64,000 nt of DNA, from assembly GCA_934085595.1 (NCBI GenBank), contig CAKOHK010000005.1:12147-76146 (forward strand), given 5' to 3'. The first letter of the stretch is position 1; the number at the start of each line of letters is the position of its first letter. Source of the stretch: an uncultured Bacilli bacterium (GTDB lineage: Bacteria > Bacillota_I > Bacilli_A > RF39 > UBA660). Of the stretch, positions 7,802-18,410 are shown one piece after another. Under the pieces are notes generated by a model. The model worked only from the letters and a program-made list of their open reading frames with translations. It had not been told where the DNA came from and ran no database searches. The translations under genes were made by a program, and so were the position numbers.

Positions 7802-10800
7802 TTATTGTATCACAAACGGATTACTAGCACTTCCATTACCTGATACATATTTTACACTTGATGAAAGATATACAGAAGGACGTAAATTACCATTTGCATT
7901 ACTTGAAGTATCAAAACTTACTATACCACTACCGTACACACGCATCGAAACATTAGAACGGAAAGAACAAGGTGATAAAGTCCAGAACCAATTATCTGTA
8001 TCTATAATCCAATCAGTACTCATACATGTTCCAGCGAAGTTATTTCCTGAAGTACCATTGTTATAGCATTCACTACTACCATACATATAATCACTTGGAT
8101 ATATTAATGCTACTTTTCCATCCCATGTTTGACTATTTCCGCTATGCACACTTGTACTTCTTTCTTGATTATACATTTCATCCGTAGTTCCAACACCAGG
8201 TCCATTAGACCACACCACATTACCCAAATACCATTTTGTACTACTTATCTGATTTTTTGCTTCAGATGTTAAACCATTACTTGCATATGTACCAGTTCTA
8301 TTATAATATTCACCGCTATTTAGTGTTGTCATTAATGTTGAAGTTGTCCAATCGCTATAGTTTATAGTTGAATTAGAACTCCACGCTGATTTTCCTATTT
8401 TATTTCTTACTAGTTTTATTTTATACTCTTTCATATATCCGTTGCCATTAGGCGTTTGAACTTCAAACACACCAATAATTCTCCACACTCCAGTTTCACC
8501 ATTGAATGTTATATAATTGTTTGGATTTGCTCCTTGATATCTATATTCAGTTGTTGCATAAGTTTGATTCCCTGTTGATGTTTGGTCTATTTTTGTTAAA
8601 CCTAAAGCACTATAATTACCGATTAAATAATAAGCAAATGTCGAAACTTTCCAATGAGCATACAATGTCTGAGTTGTAGTGATTGATACAGTTGAACTCG
8701 CTTTTATTTGTGTTCCACTTGTTGCACTTGTAAACCATCCTATAAACTCATGTCCAGGCTTAGTTGGAGTTGGTAAAGTTCCATATTTAGCACCATATGT
8801 TACAGTCATACTTGATGTTGAAACACTTCCACCATTAGCATTAAAGTTTACTGTATATTTATTTGCAGTATAATTAGCTGTTAGTGTTGTGCTTCCACTT
8901 CCCATTGTTAGAGTTGTACCACTTAATGTTGCATTACCAGACTTTGTCCAGTTTGAAAATGTATATCCTTTTTTTGTAGGATTTGATATTGTTTTAGTAG
9001 CTTCATAATATTCACTACTTACTGTATTTGATGTACTTCCATTATAAGTTCCACCATTTGGATTTATAGTAAGAGTATATTTATTTCTTGTATAATTATA
9101 AGTTACCACATTCTTAGTACTTGGTTTATCCGAATCAATTGCTATTGTAATTGTTTTTGTTGATGGACTTGTAAACCCTGTATATGTTTTTACAGATGGT
9201 GTTACTTTTGATAAATAATCAGCTTCACCTTCTTCTGTATCAGCACTTACTAATGTATAAGTACTTCCATCAACATTCATTTTATTATGATATGCTACCC
9301 ATGGATAAGTATTTGCTTTCCAGTGTGCATATAATGTTTGATTTGCTGTAATAGTTACTGATGAATCTTCTTTTATTTGGAGTCCACTACTTGCATCTGT
9401 AAACCATCCTAAAAATACATATCCATCTCTTGTTGCAGTTGGTAATTCTCCATAAGTTCCATTATATGTAACATCTTTACTTGCAGTATCAACATCTCCT
9501 CCATTAGCATTAAAACTTACTGTGTATTTATTTGCTTCATAATTGGCTGTTAGTGTTGTATTTTCACTTCCTATTGTAAGTGTTGTATCTGTTAAAGTTG
9601 AATTACCTGTCTTAGTCCACTTTGTAAATGTATATCCAGTTTTAGTTGGACTCTTTATTGCTTTAACAGCTTCAAAGTATTCACTTGTTGTAGTACTTGA
9701 TGTATTTCCATTATATGTTCCTCCATTAGGATTTATTGTAAGTGTATATTTATTTCTATCATAATTATAATTTACTACATTCTTAGTGCTTGGTTTTGTA
9801 TCCACCACTATTGTTATTGTTTTTGATGCTGGACTTGTAAATCCAGTATATGTGTTTACTGTAGGTGTAACTTTACTTCCAAAGTCAGCTGTACCCTCTT
9901 TTGTATCTGCACTTACTAAAGTATATCCACTTCCAGTTACATTCATTTTATTATGATATGCTATCCATGGATAAGAATTGATAGCCCAATTAGCAGTTAA
10001 TGTACAGTCTTCAAGTCCCATAGTTAATTTCTTTCCGTTTAATGAAGCCTTATCACTGCTTACTGCCCATCCAGTAAATGTATATCCCTCTCTTACTGGA
10101 TCAGATATATCTACATCTGTTCCGTATGTCACACTTGATGTTTTAGTTTCAGTACTTCCATTATAACTTCCGCCATTTGGATTAATAGTTAAATCATAAT
10201 TATTTTGTCTCCATGTCGCAGTTACTTTAGTTTCTTCTATTCCCATTACTAATGTTTTACTTCCATTACTTGTTTCAGCAACTTTCGTACTCATCATTCT
10301 TACTTTATTAGTAAGCATAGCTGTACTTGAATCTTTTAATGTACTTTTCTCTCCTGTAACATTCCATCCGCTAAATGTATATCCTTCTCTTGTTGGATCA
10401 CTTAATTCTATTTCATTTTTATATCTTTCACTTGTTGTTATGCTTCCGGTTGAACCTTTATATGTTCCTCCTGCTGGATCTATTGTTAGATTAGATATTG
10501 GTGTTAAATCTTTATATATTACATTTCCATCTATATTTTTAACCCATAATTTCTTATCATAATCATCCACTTTATCACTAACTGTATACTCATTTTTGCT
10601 TACATTCTTCCATGATGATGGCTCTTCTGCATCAGCACTTGTTACTGCATATGCACTAAGTCCATTTGTATCTTTTAATAAAGCAGTTAATAATAAATTA
10701 TCTATTTTTGCATTATTTATTACTGGTACATTTGAATCATTAAAGTTATATTCATTTATTTGTATCTTTCCTATAAACTTTTTACCTTGATTATAATTTT

Positions 10801-11335
10801 GTACAGAACCAGTTTCAACAAATGTTATAGTTAATTTATATTTATTTGTTACACCAACTTTAATAGGATTATTCCCTTTTAACTTTTGTGATGTTGGTAC
10901 TTCACTATATATAAAAGGTGTTGTTCCTTGTCCATCACATGTTCCTATTCCTGTTTGACCCTCTTGTCCATATTTTTCATAACTAACACAGTCTAAACTA
11001 AAGACAAGTTCATCCTTTTCAATAGTATTAATCATATCAACCATATTAATATCAAACTCTGTATCAAAGTCACCTGTATTCGTTACAGTAAACTCTTTAA
11101 TTAATGTTTTACCCGGCTGTATATTATCCACTTTTAACTCTGGACCACTATTATAAAATAATGATAAATTACCAGTAGTAACTCTTATATCTTGTGCTTC
11201 TTCATTACCATTTACAGTAATACTAAAATACGCATAAGATACACCAATTACTAATAATAAACCTAATACTACAGATAAATAAATCACACTTTTATTTTTA
11301 AACAACTCTTTAAAATTGATACTTTTCATATACAC
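7802..11335 (-). CDS. large surface protein: SipW-type signal + TasA-like N-domain + Listeria-Bacteroides (Flg_new) repeats + DUF6273-like C-terminal domain
   Basis: 1177 aa. Signal [12 protein letters not shown]. TasA-like block [21 protein letters not shown] ... [15 protein letters not shown]. Multiple YTVxFNANGG...GYxFxGWFT...QTLYAHW repeats. The C-terminal domain has the landmarks [15 protein letters not shown] and NLRPSVYL. Confidence 0.8.
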   Translation of the reverse strand: MYMKSINFKELFKNKSVIYLSVVLGLLLVIGVSYAYFSITVNGNEEAQDIRVTTGNLSLFYNSGPELKVDNIQPGKTLIKEFTVTNTGDFDTEFDINMVDMINTIEKDELVFSLDCVSYEKYGQEGQTGIGTCDGQGTTPFIYSEVPTSQKLKGNNPIKVGVTNKYKLTITFVETGSVQNYNQGKKFIGKIQINEYNFNDSNVPVINNAKIDNLLLTALLKDTNGLSAYAVTSADAEEPSSWKNVSKNEYTVSDKVDDYDKKLWVKNIDGNVIYKDLTPISNLTIDPAGGTYKGSTGSITTSERYKNEIELSDPTREGYTFSGWNVTGEKSTLKDSSTAMLTNKVRMMSTKVAETSNGSKTLVMGIEETKVTATWRQNNYDLTINPNGGSYNGSTETKTSSVTYGTDVDISDPVREGYTFTGWAVSSDKASLNGKKLTMGLEDCTLTANWAINSYPWIAYHNKMNVTGSGYTLVSADTKEGTADFGSKVTPTVNTYTGFTSPASKTITIVVDTKPSTKNVVNYNYDRNKYTLTINPNGGTYNGNTSSTTTSEYFEAVKAIKSPTKTGYTFTKWTKTGNSTLTDTTLTIGSENTTLTANYEANKYTVSFNANGGDVDTASKDVTYNGTYGELPTATRDGYVFLGWFTDASSGLQIKEDSSVTITANQTLYAHWKANTYPWVAYHNKMNVDGSTYTLVSADTEEGEADYLSKVTPSVKTYTGFTSPSTKTITIAIDSDKPSTKNVVTYNYTRNKYTLTINPNGGTYNGSTSNTVSSEYYEATKTISNPTKKGYTFSNWTKSGNATLSGTTLTMGSGSTTLTANYTANKYTVNFNANGGSVSTSSMTVTYGAKYGTLPTPTKPGHEFIGWFTSATSGTQIKASSTVSITTTQTLYAHWKVSTFAYYLIGNYSALGLTKIDQTSTGNQTYATTEYRYQGANPNNYITFNGETGVWRIIGVFEVQTPNGNGYMKEYKIKLVRNKIGKSAWSSNSTINYSDWTTSTLMTTLNSGEYYNRTGTYASNGLTSEAKNQISSTKWYLGNVVWSNGPGVGTTDEMYNQERSTSVHSGNSQTWDGKVALIYPSDYMYGSSECYNNGTSGNNFAGTCMSTDWIIDTDNWFWTLSPCSFRSNVSMRVYGSGIVSFDTSSNANGNLRPSVYLSSSVKYVSGNGSASNPFVIQ
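8645..9979 (-). repeat. tandem in-frame duplication of a ~666-nt (222-codon) module
   Basis: Unit 1 starts at [14 protein letters not shown] (nt 9979 downward) and unit 2 at [14 protein letters not shown] (nt 9313 downward). Both end in QTLYAHWK and are colinear throughout. Confidence 0.85.
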
Positions 11336-11352
11336 CTCTATTCTCTATTAGT

Positions 11353-11381
11353 ATTATACTTTAACTATTTTTTTATTTCAA
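11353..11381 (-). promoter_or_regulatory. sigma-A type promoter, TTGAAA-17 nt-TATAAT, with the shared ATAGAGAATAGAGGT leader
   Basis: On the minus strand, TTGAAA lies at 11381-11376 and TATAAT at 11358-11353, with the same leader cassette as the other SipW-signal genes. Confidence 0.55.
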
Positions 11382-11388
11382 TACTAAC

Positions 11389-11419
11389 ATTAAAAAAATG
11401 ATCATTTTTATGATCATTT
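11389..11419 (-). terminator. rho-independent terminator after the DHH gene
   Basis: 10-bp stem aaatgatcat / atgatcattt (11396-11405 and 11410-11419), with a T-run following on the minus strand. Confidence 0.55.
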
Positions 11420-11422
11420 AAG

Positions 11423-12493
11423 TTATATTTTCATTCTTAATTTATATTCTTCTTCACTATTTAATTCCATAAATGTTCTATTATCAAAATTACTTGGTGA
11501 AAATAAATACATTATATAATCTTTTATATCTCCTGTACTATATCCTTTTATTCTAGCTGCTGCACTAGTAGGACTTCCACCACCACCTAATAATTTCATA
11601 ATAGCTGATACATCTATAATACCTTTACTTCTAGCACTTATAGATACTAAATCTTGATCTATATATGCTATCGCAAACGCAGCATCTACATTATATCTAG
11701 ATATATAATCTGCACATTTAGCTATATCTTCTACAGTAAATATTCTACCACTATCACTACTATCAGCAGCTATCCCTATAGAATATTTTAAAAACTCGGT
11801 TCCATCTACTAACTTTTGTATTAGTCTATCATGTTCAAACTCTTCTAAAAATAAATTATTAACTGTTTCAGGATTAGCCCCCCTTTCTGTTAATTTAGAA
11901 AGAACTGAAAATGTTTTAGAAGTTAAGTTCTTAGTAAGTCTATTTGTATCTAAAACTATACCTGATAATAAATAATTTGCTTCATCTGGATTAATTTTAA
12001 TTCCAAGATTAAATATAAGTCTAGATATTTCTTCACATGTACTTGATAAACATGTATCTACAAATAAATTAGGTGTCACTATAGTATGTTCATCTGTTTT
12101 ATGATGATCTATTACTAATATATCTTTAAATGAATCAAAATAGTCTTTTGTAGATACTAAATAATCTTTATTTGCATCTACTATTACAAGCATACTATTA
12201 TCTGTAATAAGTGGTGATAAATCACCTATTCTAATTACATTATGATTCTTATTTATATCTCCTATCATCTTTTGTATTTCTACTGGCAAACTCTTAATTT
12301 CATCATTAATAATAATATAATTTTTCTTTTTATATTTCTTGCCTGCTATTAATGACATCCCTACTGCTGCTCCTAAAGCATCAAAGTCAGGCCTATTGTG
12401 TGGAACTATAAAAACACTATCTACTTCACTCATTAACTTATCAAGTGTAGGTTTCAGTTCCCCGTTTGTTTCCATATTAAATATTTCCTCCAA
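11423..12493 (-). CDS. DHH/DHHA1 family phosphoesterase (stand-alone GdpP/NrnA-like catalytic module)
   Basis: 356 aa. DHH motifs HNRPDFDALGAAVG, VIVDANKD and VIDHHKT. The DHHA1 Gly-rich motif reads GGGGSPTSAAA. Confidence 0.7.
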   Translation of the reverse strand: MEEIFNMETNGELKPTLDKLMSEVDSVFIVPHNRPDFDALGAAVGMSLIAGKKYKKKNYIIINDEIKSLPVEIQKMIGDINKNHNVIRIGDLSPLITDNSMLVIVDANKDYLVSTKDYFDSFKDILVIDHHKTDEHTIVTPNLFVDTCLSSTCEEISRLIFNLGIKINPDEANYLLSGIVLDTNRLTKNLTSKTFSVLSKLTERGANPETVNNLFLEEFEHDRLIQKLVDGTEFLKYSIGIAADSSDSGRIFTVEDIAKCADYISRYNVDAAFAIAYIDQDLVSISARSKGIIDVSAIMKLLGGGGSPTSAAARIKGYSTGDIKDYIMYLFSPSNFDNRTFMELNSEEEYKLRMKI

Positions 12494-12560
12494 AAAAAAT
12501 GTACATATTAACTATGTACAAATTAATTATATCATTTATATTTTAAAAGTCAAATTGTTA

Positions 12561-13310
12561 CTACTTTTCCACAAATCCATCTGTTATCATCTTAGCAACT
12601 ATACCATGACTGCCAAGTTCACTACTACTAAGATCATATAACCCTACTACTCTCCACATAACTTCATGGAATAAATAATTATTTTTTTCTTGTCCTGATA
12701 TTATACAAGCATTTACTTTTTCTCCAGTTTTAGTGTCTATTAATTTTGTTGGATTATCACTCTTATCACATTTACATGTCGCATCACTAGTATCATATTT
12801 CCCTATAAATGATCCATTTTCAAATCTTTCACATATAGCTTTAGTAAGTTCACTATTATCTGTATCAGTTGATTTACCATTAAAATCAGCAATAACCCCT
12901 ACTGTATCTTTAGTTAAAAGAACATAATCAGAGTTCATACTTTTTTTAGTAACTGGATTTACAATACATCCTTTACTTGTTACTTCTACTCCTTCTATTA
13001 ATGTTTTTAAACAAGTTCCGCTACTTAATTCACCATCTTTAGTAGATTCTACTTTTAAATAATCTTGATTTATTAAATCAACTACATATAGTTTAACTTC
13101 ACTTTGTCCATTAAATACTTCAGGTTTATTAGTGGCATATAATTCAGCAGCACTCTTTATCATATCTACTTTTTCATTATACATTCTCTTATTTATATTT
13201 TTATTAATTAATGAAATACTTGGAATAGCTATCGCACTCAAAACTCCAATTATCGCAATAACAACCAAAACCTCTGTAAGCGTAAAACCATATTTATTTT
13301 TCATATCCAC
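12561..13310 (-). CDS. type IV pilin-like / pseudopilin protein (prepilin N-terminal cleavage-methylation motif)
   Basis: 249 aa. N-terminus MDMKNKYG/FTLTEVLVVIAIIGVLSAIAIP, i.e. class III signal G-FTLxE followed by a hydrophobic helix. Confidence 0.75.
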   Translation of the reverse strand: MDMKNKYGFTLTEVLVVIAIIGVLSAIAIPSISLINKNINKRMYNEKVDMIKSAAELYATNKPEVFNGQSEVKLYVVDLINQDYLKVESTKDGELSSGTCLKTLIEGVEVTSKGCIVNPVTKKSMNSDYVLLTKDTVGVIADFNGKSTDTDNSELTKAICERFENGSFIGKYDTSDATCKCDKSDNPTKLIDTKTGEKVNACIISGQEKNNYLFHEVMWRVVGLYDLSSSELGSHGIVAKMITDGFVEK

Positions 13311-13360
13311 CTCTACTATATAAATTATAAATTATTCTAACATTTTTTACAACATCAAAA

Positions 13361-13999
13361 CTATAATTCTTTTAAAGTATTTATATTATTTATAATATCT
13401 TTATGTATATAAGATGCACTAACAAGCATATCACATCCACTTTCTATACATTCTTTTCCAGTAATATCATTTATCCCACCATCTACAGATATAATAGTTT
13501 TATATTTATTCTTATCTATTTCTTTTCTTAATTCACTTATTTTATTAATACTATTTTCTATAAACTCTTGTCCACTTTTACCTGGATTAACACTCATTAC
13601 TAATACTTCATCTATATCTTTAAGATATGTAAACACACTTTCTACATTAGTTTCAGGTTTAATACTAATACCTACTTTAAGTCCATATTCTTTTATTTTA
13701 TTAATAGTACTTTCCACATCTTTAACAGCTTCTATATGAAATATAAAATATTCTGTATTTAAAACAGCAAAATCATCTAAATACTTTAAAGGATTTTTAA
13801 CCATTAAATGTACTTCTATCTTTTTACTAGTATCTTTAAGAAACTTAAATACTTCTTTATTACTCCAAGTTTTATTACTAACAAACTTTCCATCCATTAT
13901 ATCTATATGTATTAAATCTGCATTACTTTTATCAACTACTTTTACTATATCACTTGCTTTAATACTACTACTTAATACTGAAACTGATACTTTACTCAT
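13361..13999 (-). CDS. rpe: ribulose-phosphate 3-epimerase
   Basis: 212 aa with HIDIMDGKFV, HLMV, VMSVNPGKSGQEF and VDGGI motifs. Sits downstream of rsgA as in Bacillus. Confidence 0.9.
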   Translation of the reverse strand: MSKVSVSVLSSSIKASDIVKVVDKSNADLIHIDIMDGKFVSNKTWSNKEVFKFLKDTSKKIEVHLMVKNPLKYLDDFAVLNTEYFIFHIEAVKDVESTINKIKEYGLKVGISIKPETNVESVFTYLKDIDEVLVMSVNPGKSGQEFIENSINKISELRKEIDKNKYKTIISVDGGINDITGKECIESGCDMLVSASYIHKDIINNINTLKEL

Positions 14000-14822
14000 T
14001 ACTTTCTCCTAATAACTTAATATAATTATTATATCTCCATAAAGGTATCTTTTTATTTTTAACTAGTTCCTTTATCTTACAATAATCTTCTTTATCATGT
14101 AAACATGATTTATATCTGCATGGTTTATTAAAATCTTTATAATAATTTTTTATTTCATTTTTCTTTATATTTATATCTACCATAGAAAACCCAGGAGTAT
14201 CTACTATAAATCCACCACATAACTCCATCATTATAGATAGTCTAGTCGTATGTTTTCCTCTTCCAAGACTCAATGATACTTCTCCAGTTTCTAAATTAAG
14301 AGTTTTATCTATTTTATTAAGTAATGTACTCTTCCCAGCCCCAGTTTGTCCACATAAGGCAACAGTATTATTCTTAAACTCTTTTTTAATTCTTTTTATT
14401 TGATTATTATAATATACTCTTATTCCTATCTTTCTATAATATTTAACATATTTTCTTATTAATAGTTTATCTTTTATTTTAAGAGTATCCATTTTAGTTA
14501 TAACAATAAATGGTTCTATATTATTTGAATATGCTATTAATATAAACTTATCTATTAAATATGAACTAAAAGAAGGAATAGATGTACTCATAACTATTAG
14601 TAGTTTATCTATATTTGATACAAGTGGTCTTTTTAGTTCATTTCTTCTTGGTAACACTTTTTCTATCATTTTATTTTGATAATCTACTATTACGTTATCT
14701 CCTACCAAAGGTACTATATTATCATTTCTTATTTTACCTCTAGTTGTGCATTCTATTACTTCTTCATTTGAAAGTAGTACGCTATGTAAATATTTATTAA
14801 TGCATATTATCTTTCCATTCAT
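13992..14822 (-). CDS. rsgA: ribosome small subunit-dependent GTPase A
   Basis: 276 aa, circularly permuted GTPase. Motifs ITKMD, GQTGAGKSTLLN and DTPGF, plus a C-terminal Zn-knuckle (CRYKSCLHDKEDYC). Confidence 0.85.
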   Translation of the reverse strand: MNGKIICINKYLHSVLLSNEEVIECTTRGKIRNDNIVPLVGDNVIVDYQNKMIEKVLPRRNELKRPLVSNIDKLLIVMSTSIPSFSSYLIDKFILIAYSNNIEPFIVITKMDTLKIKDKLLIRKYVKYYRKIGIRVYYNNQIKRIKKEFKNNTVALCGQTGAGKSTLLNKIDKTLNLETGEVSLSLGRGKHTTRLSIMMELCGGFIVDTPGFSMVDINIKKNEIKNYYKDFNKPCRYKSCLHDKEDYCKIKELVKNKKIPLWRYNNYIKLLGESNE

Positions 14823-14823
14823 T

Positions 14824-16572
14824 TTAGTTTCCTTCCGTTATATCTCCACTTTCATTATCATCTTCTATTACTGGTGCTATTGCTACTGTTATTGTAAGTT
14901 TTACTCCAGCAGTCACAACACTTCCCTCTGGTCTTGATTGTTTTAATATAGTTCCAGCAGGTACACTATCTGTTGTTTGTTCTACTATTTCAAGTGTAAT
15001 TTCATGATCATCACAATATTTTTTAATCTTATCAAGAGTATATCCCTTAGTAAAATTAGGATATTTATATTCTATCTCAGGTATATATATTGTAATACCA
15101 GTTCCAAGTTTAACACTACTTCCAGCTTCAGGAACAGTTCTTAAAACAGTATCTTCTTTCTTATTATCTTTTTCACCAACTTTTTCTTTTTCTACTGTAA
15201 CATTACAATCACATTTAGCTTCTATTTTACCCTTGGCAACTAAATAATTTTCTCCAGTAAAATCTTCTATAGTATAACTTTTATCTCCACTAGATATATA
15301 TAATATTATAGTATTTCCTTCTTTAGTACTAGTTCCTATAGACGGAGCACTCTTAACAACTTTCCCCTCTTCTATAGTCTCACTAACTACATACTTATAT
15401 TCACTATTTACTATAAGTCCTTTATTAGAAAGTAACTTAGATGCTTCTTCAACACTCATATTACTTATATCAGGTATAGTTACATCTTTAATTTCTGTTT
15501 TATTAAAATATATCATTAAAAACACTGTAGTCACAAGTACTAACGCAGTAAATATACTAATTAATATTATAAGTAATTTATTTTGTTTTCTATTTTCTTT
15601 CTTTTCTTCTAGTTCCATTTCACGCAATTGTTTCTTTTCTTCTTCTACTTTTTCTTTCTTAATTTTTTCTAAATCTTTATCAAGTACTTTAGTATCATCC
15701 ATATCATTTTCAGGATATAAATATACATATCTTTTTTCATTTTCTCTTGATGGATCTAATGCAGTAAGTAAATCTTCATGCATACTTCTCGCATCACTAT
15801 ATCTATTTTTAGGATTCTTAGCGCATGCTTTTAATATAATATTTTCTATAGATTGTGGTATGCTTGGAATCTCTTTTCTTATACTTGGAATTGGTTCTTT
15901 TAAATGTTTAAGTGCTATTTCTACTGCACTCTCTCCTTTATATGGAACCTTTCCAGTAAGAAGTTCATACATCATAATTCCCATAGAATATATATCACTT
16001 CTAATAGTTGATCCTTTTCCATTAGCTTGTTCTGGTGGTAAATAATGTACTGTTCCCATAACTGAATTAGTTTGTGTAAGCTGTGTTGAATTAAGAGCAG
16101 TAGCTACACCAAAATCAGTTATTTTAATTACTCCATTTGGAAGTATCATAATATTTTGAGGTTTAATATCCCTATGTATTATATATGAATCATGAGCATG
16201 AGCCATTCCATCAGTAACTTGTAACATAATATCAACTACTTCAGTAACAGATAATTTACCTCTTTGTTTAAGAACTTGTTTAAGTGTCTTACCATCAACA
16301 TATTCCATTACTATATAGTATCCACCATCATCTTCTCCAACATCATACATCTCTACTATATTAGGATGAGATAAACTAGAAGCACTTAATGCTTCTCTTT
16401 GAAATCTTCTAACAAACTTTTCATCATTAGCAAGATCTCCTCTTAAAACTTTAACAGCAACATTCCTATCAAGTATTTCATCATGAGCAAGATAAACATT
16501 AGCCATCCCACCTTCTCCTAAAGTTTTAATTATTTGATATCTATCATTTATTTTAGAGCCTTTTACTATCAC
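14824..16572 (-). CDS. prkC: Ser/Thr protein kinase with extracellular PASTA repeats (PrkC/PknB type)
   Basis: 582 aa. Hanks kinase motifs GEGGMANVY, HRDIKPQN and DFG, then one TM helix and PASTA-like repeats. Confidence 0.9.
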   Translation of the reverse strand: MIVKGSKINDRYQIIKTLGEGGMANVYLAHDEILDRNVAVKVLRGDLANDEKFVRRFQREALSASSLSHPNIVEMYDVGEDDGGYYIVMEYVDGKTLKQVLKQRGKLSVTEVVDIMLQVTDGMAHAHDSYIIHRDIKPQNIMILPNGVIKITDFGVATALNSTQLTQTNSVMGTVHYLPPEQANGKGSTIRSDIYSMGIMMYELLTGKVPYKGESAVEIALKHLKEPIPSIRKEIPSIPQSIENIILKACAKNPKNRYSDARSMHEDLLTALDPSRENEKRYVYLYPENDMDDTKVLDKDLEKIKKEKVEEEKKQLREMELEEKKENRKQNKLLIILISIFTALVLVTTVFLMIYFNKTEIKDVTIPDISNMSVEEASKLLSNKGLIVNSEYKYVVSETIEEGKVVKSAPSIGTSTKEGNTIILYISSGDKSYTIEDFTGENYLVAKGKIEAKCDCNVTVEKEKVGEKDNKKEDTVLRTVPEAGSSVKLGTGITIYIPEIEYKYPNFTKGYTLDKIKKYCDDHEITLEIVEQTTDSVPAGTILKQSRPEGSVVTAGVKLTITVAIAPVIEDDNESGDITEGN

Positions 16573-16575
16573 AAT

Positions 16576-17310
16576 TTATACCTCTTTTCTTAAATAAGCA
16601 ATCGTAATATTATCCGTTCCCCCTCTAGTATTGCTTTTCATAATAAGTTTATTTACTTGTTCTTCCAAAGTTAAATCCCCATCATTTAATACTTTTTCTA
16701 TTTGTTCTTTAGTAAGCATATTAGTAAGTCCATCACTACATAAGAATATTCCATCCACTGTAAGTTCTACATCAAATATATCCATATCTATCTTTTCAGC
16801 AGCCCCTAGTGCTTTCATTAATATATTTTTTTGTGGATGATTTTCTGCATCTTTAGGTGATATTTCTCCACTTTCTAGTAATAAATTAACAAGTGTATGG
16901 TCTTTAGTTACTTTAAACAATTTCCCATTTTTAAGTACAAATCCACTTGAATCTCCAATATTTCCAAATATTAAAAACTCTTTAGTTAAAATAGCACATA
17001 CACATGTAGTACCAAGTCCACTCGCATCAACATGCTCCTCAGCATACCTAAGTATTTTAACATTTATTTCATCTATTATTTCTTTTAAATAACAAGCTGC
17101 TTCTTCTTTAGTTCCTATACTTGATAAAGCTGTAAATCTTCTTCCAAGTTCATTTACTACAAGACTACTAGCAACTTCTCCTGCTTTATGTCCACCCATA
17201 CCATCAGCTACCACTAATAAGTATTCATTATTTAGATTCTTAACTATAGTAACTGAATCTTCATTATGACTTCTAACTTTGCCAGGATCAGTTTGATAAA
17301 ATGTTTGCAT
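16576..17310 (-). CDS. prpC: PP2C-family Ser/Thr phosphatase
   Basis: 244 aa with NEDS, ADGMGGH, DGLT and GGTDNIT motifs. Directly upstream of prkC. Confidence 0.9.
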   Translation of the reverse strand: MQTFYQTDPGKVRSHNEDSVTIVKNLNNEYLLVVADGMGGHKAGEVASSLVVNELGRRFTALSSIGTKEEAACYLKEIIDEINVKILRYAEEHVDASGLGTTCVCAILTKEFLIFGNIGDSSGFVLKNGKLFKVTKDHTLVNLLLESGEISPKDAENHPQKNILMKALGAAEKIDMDIFDVELTVDGIFLCSDGLTNMLTKEQIEKVLNDGDLTLEEQVNKLIMKSNTRGGTDNITIAYLRKEV

Positions 17311-18351
17311 CTATTCTCCTTCCTTAAGAGCCCTAAGTTGCCCACAAGCAGCAGATAGCTCTCCCCCCATCTCTTTCCTTATTGTTACATTAATATTATT
17401 CGATTTAAGTATATCATAAAACTTATTAATTTTAAATACACTACTTCTCTTAAACTCAAAATGAGATGTTTCATTATAAGGTATCAAATTAATATAAACA
17501 AGTTTCCCTTTAAATAAATTAACTAACTCTAAAGCATTATCATAAGTATCATTTATACCATCAAGCATTATATATTCTATAGTTACTCGTCTATTAGTAG
17601 TATTTATATAATAATCTATTGCTTTTATTAATTCTTCTATTTTATATGCATGATTTATTTTCATTAATTTATCTCTTAATACATTATTAGGAGCATGTAA
17701 AGATATCGCAAGATTAACTTGATTCTTTAAATTAGCAAACTCATATATCTTAGGTACTAGTCCACATGTAGATACTGTTATATGTCTAGAACCTATACCT
17801 ACCATATGATTATTAGTTAATATACTAAGAAAATCTATAATATTATCATAATTATCAAAAGGTTCTCCTATTCCCATAACAACTACATAATCTATTCTTA
17901 TATTTTCTAGTTTCTCTACGCTTATTATTTGATTAACCATTTCATATGTTAATAGATTTCTAACTTTCTTAAGTCTTCCACTCTCACAAAAAGCACATCC
18001 CATATTACATCCTACTTGACTTGATATACAAAGACTATTACCATAATCATGAAACATTAAAACACATTCTATTTTATTTCCATCACTAAGTTCAAATAAA
18101 TATTTATTAGCAAGTTTACTTTCTTCTTTAGTTATTAATTTTAAATCATTTACTTCAAAATGACTATTACAAAACTCTCTAAGTTTTAAAGATAAATTAC
18201 TCATCACATTAAAATCATATATTTTCTTCTTATATATAAAATCTATTATTTGAGAAGCATTATATTTCTTAAACCCATTTTCTATTAAATATTCTTCTAG
18301 TTTTTCCTGTGTAAAATTATATATATTCATCATATAAAAATTATAGCACAC
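17311..18351 (-). CDS. rlmN: 23S rRNA/tRNA (adenine-C2)-methyltransferase RlmN (radical SAM)
   Basis: 346 aa. Radical SAM cluster motif GCNMGCAFCESG and C-terminal SAACGQL. The true start may be one of the internal Met codons at 18333/18330. Confidence 0.9.
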   Translation of the reverse strand: MCYNFYMMNIYNFTQEKLEEYLIENGFKKYNASQIIDFIYKKKIYDFNVMSNLSLKLREFCNSHFEVNDLKLITKEESKLANKYLFELSDGNKIECVLMFHDYGNSLCISSQVGCNMGCAFCESGRLKKVRNLLTYEMVNQIISVEKLENIRIDYVVVMGIGEPFDNYDNIIDFLSILTNNHMVGIGSRHITVSTCGLVPKIYEFANLKNQVNLAISLHAPNNVLRDKLMKINHAYKIEELIKAIDYYINTTNRRVTIEYIMLDGINDTYDNALELVNLFKGKLVYINLIPYNETSHFEFKRSSVFKINKFYDILKSNNINVTIRKEMGGELSAACGQLRALKEGE

Positions 18352-18410
18352 AAATAACTCTTTTTGTAAATAAAAACCAGAATATTACATTATTCTAGTC
18401 TATTTTACAC

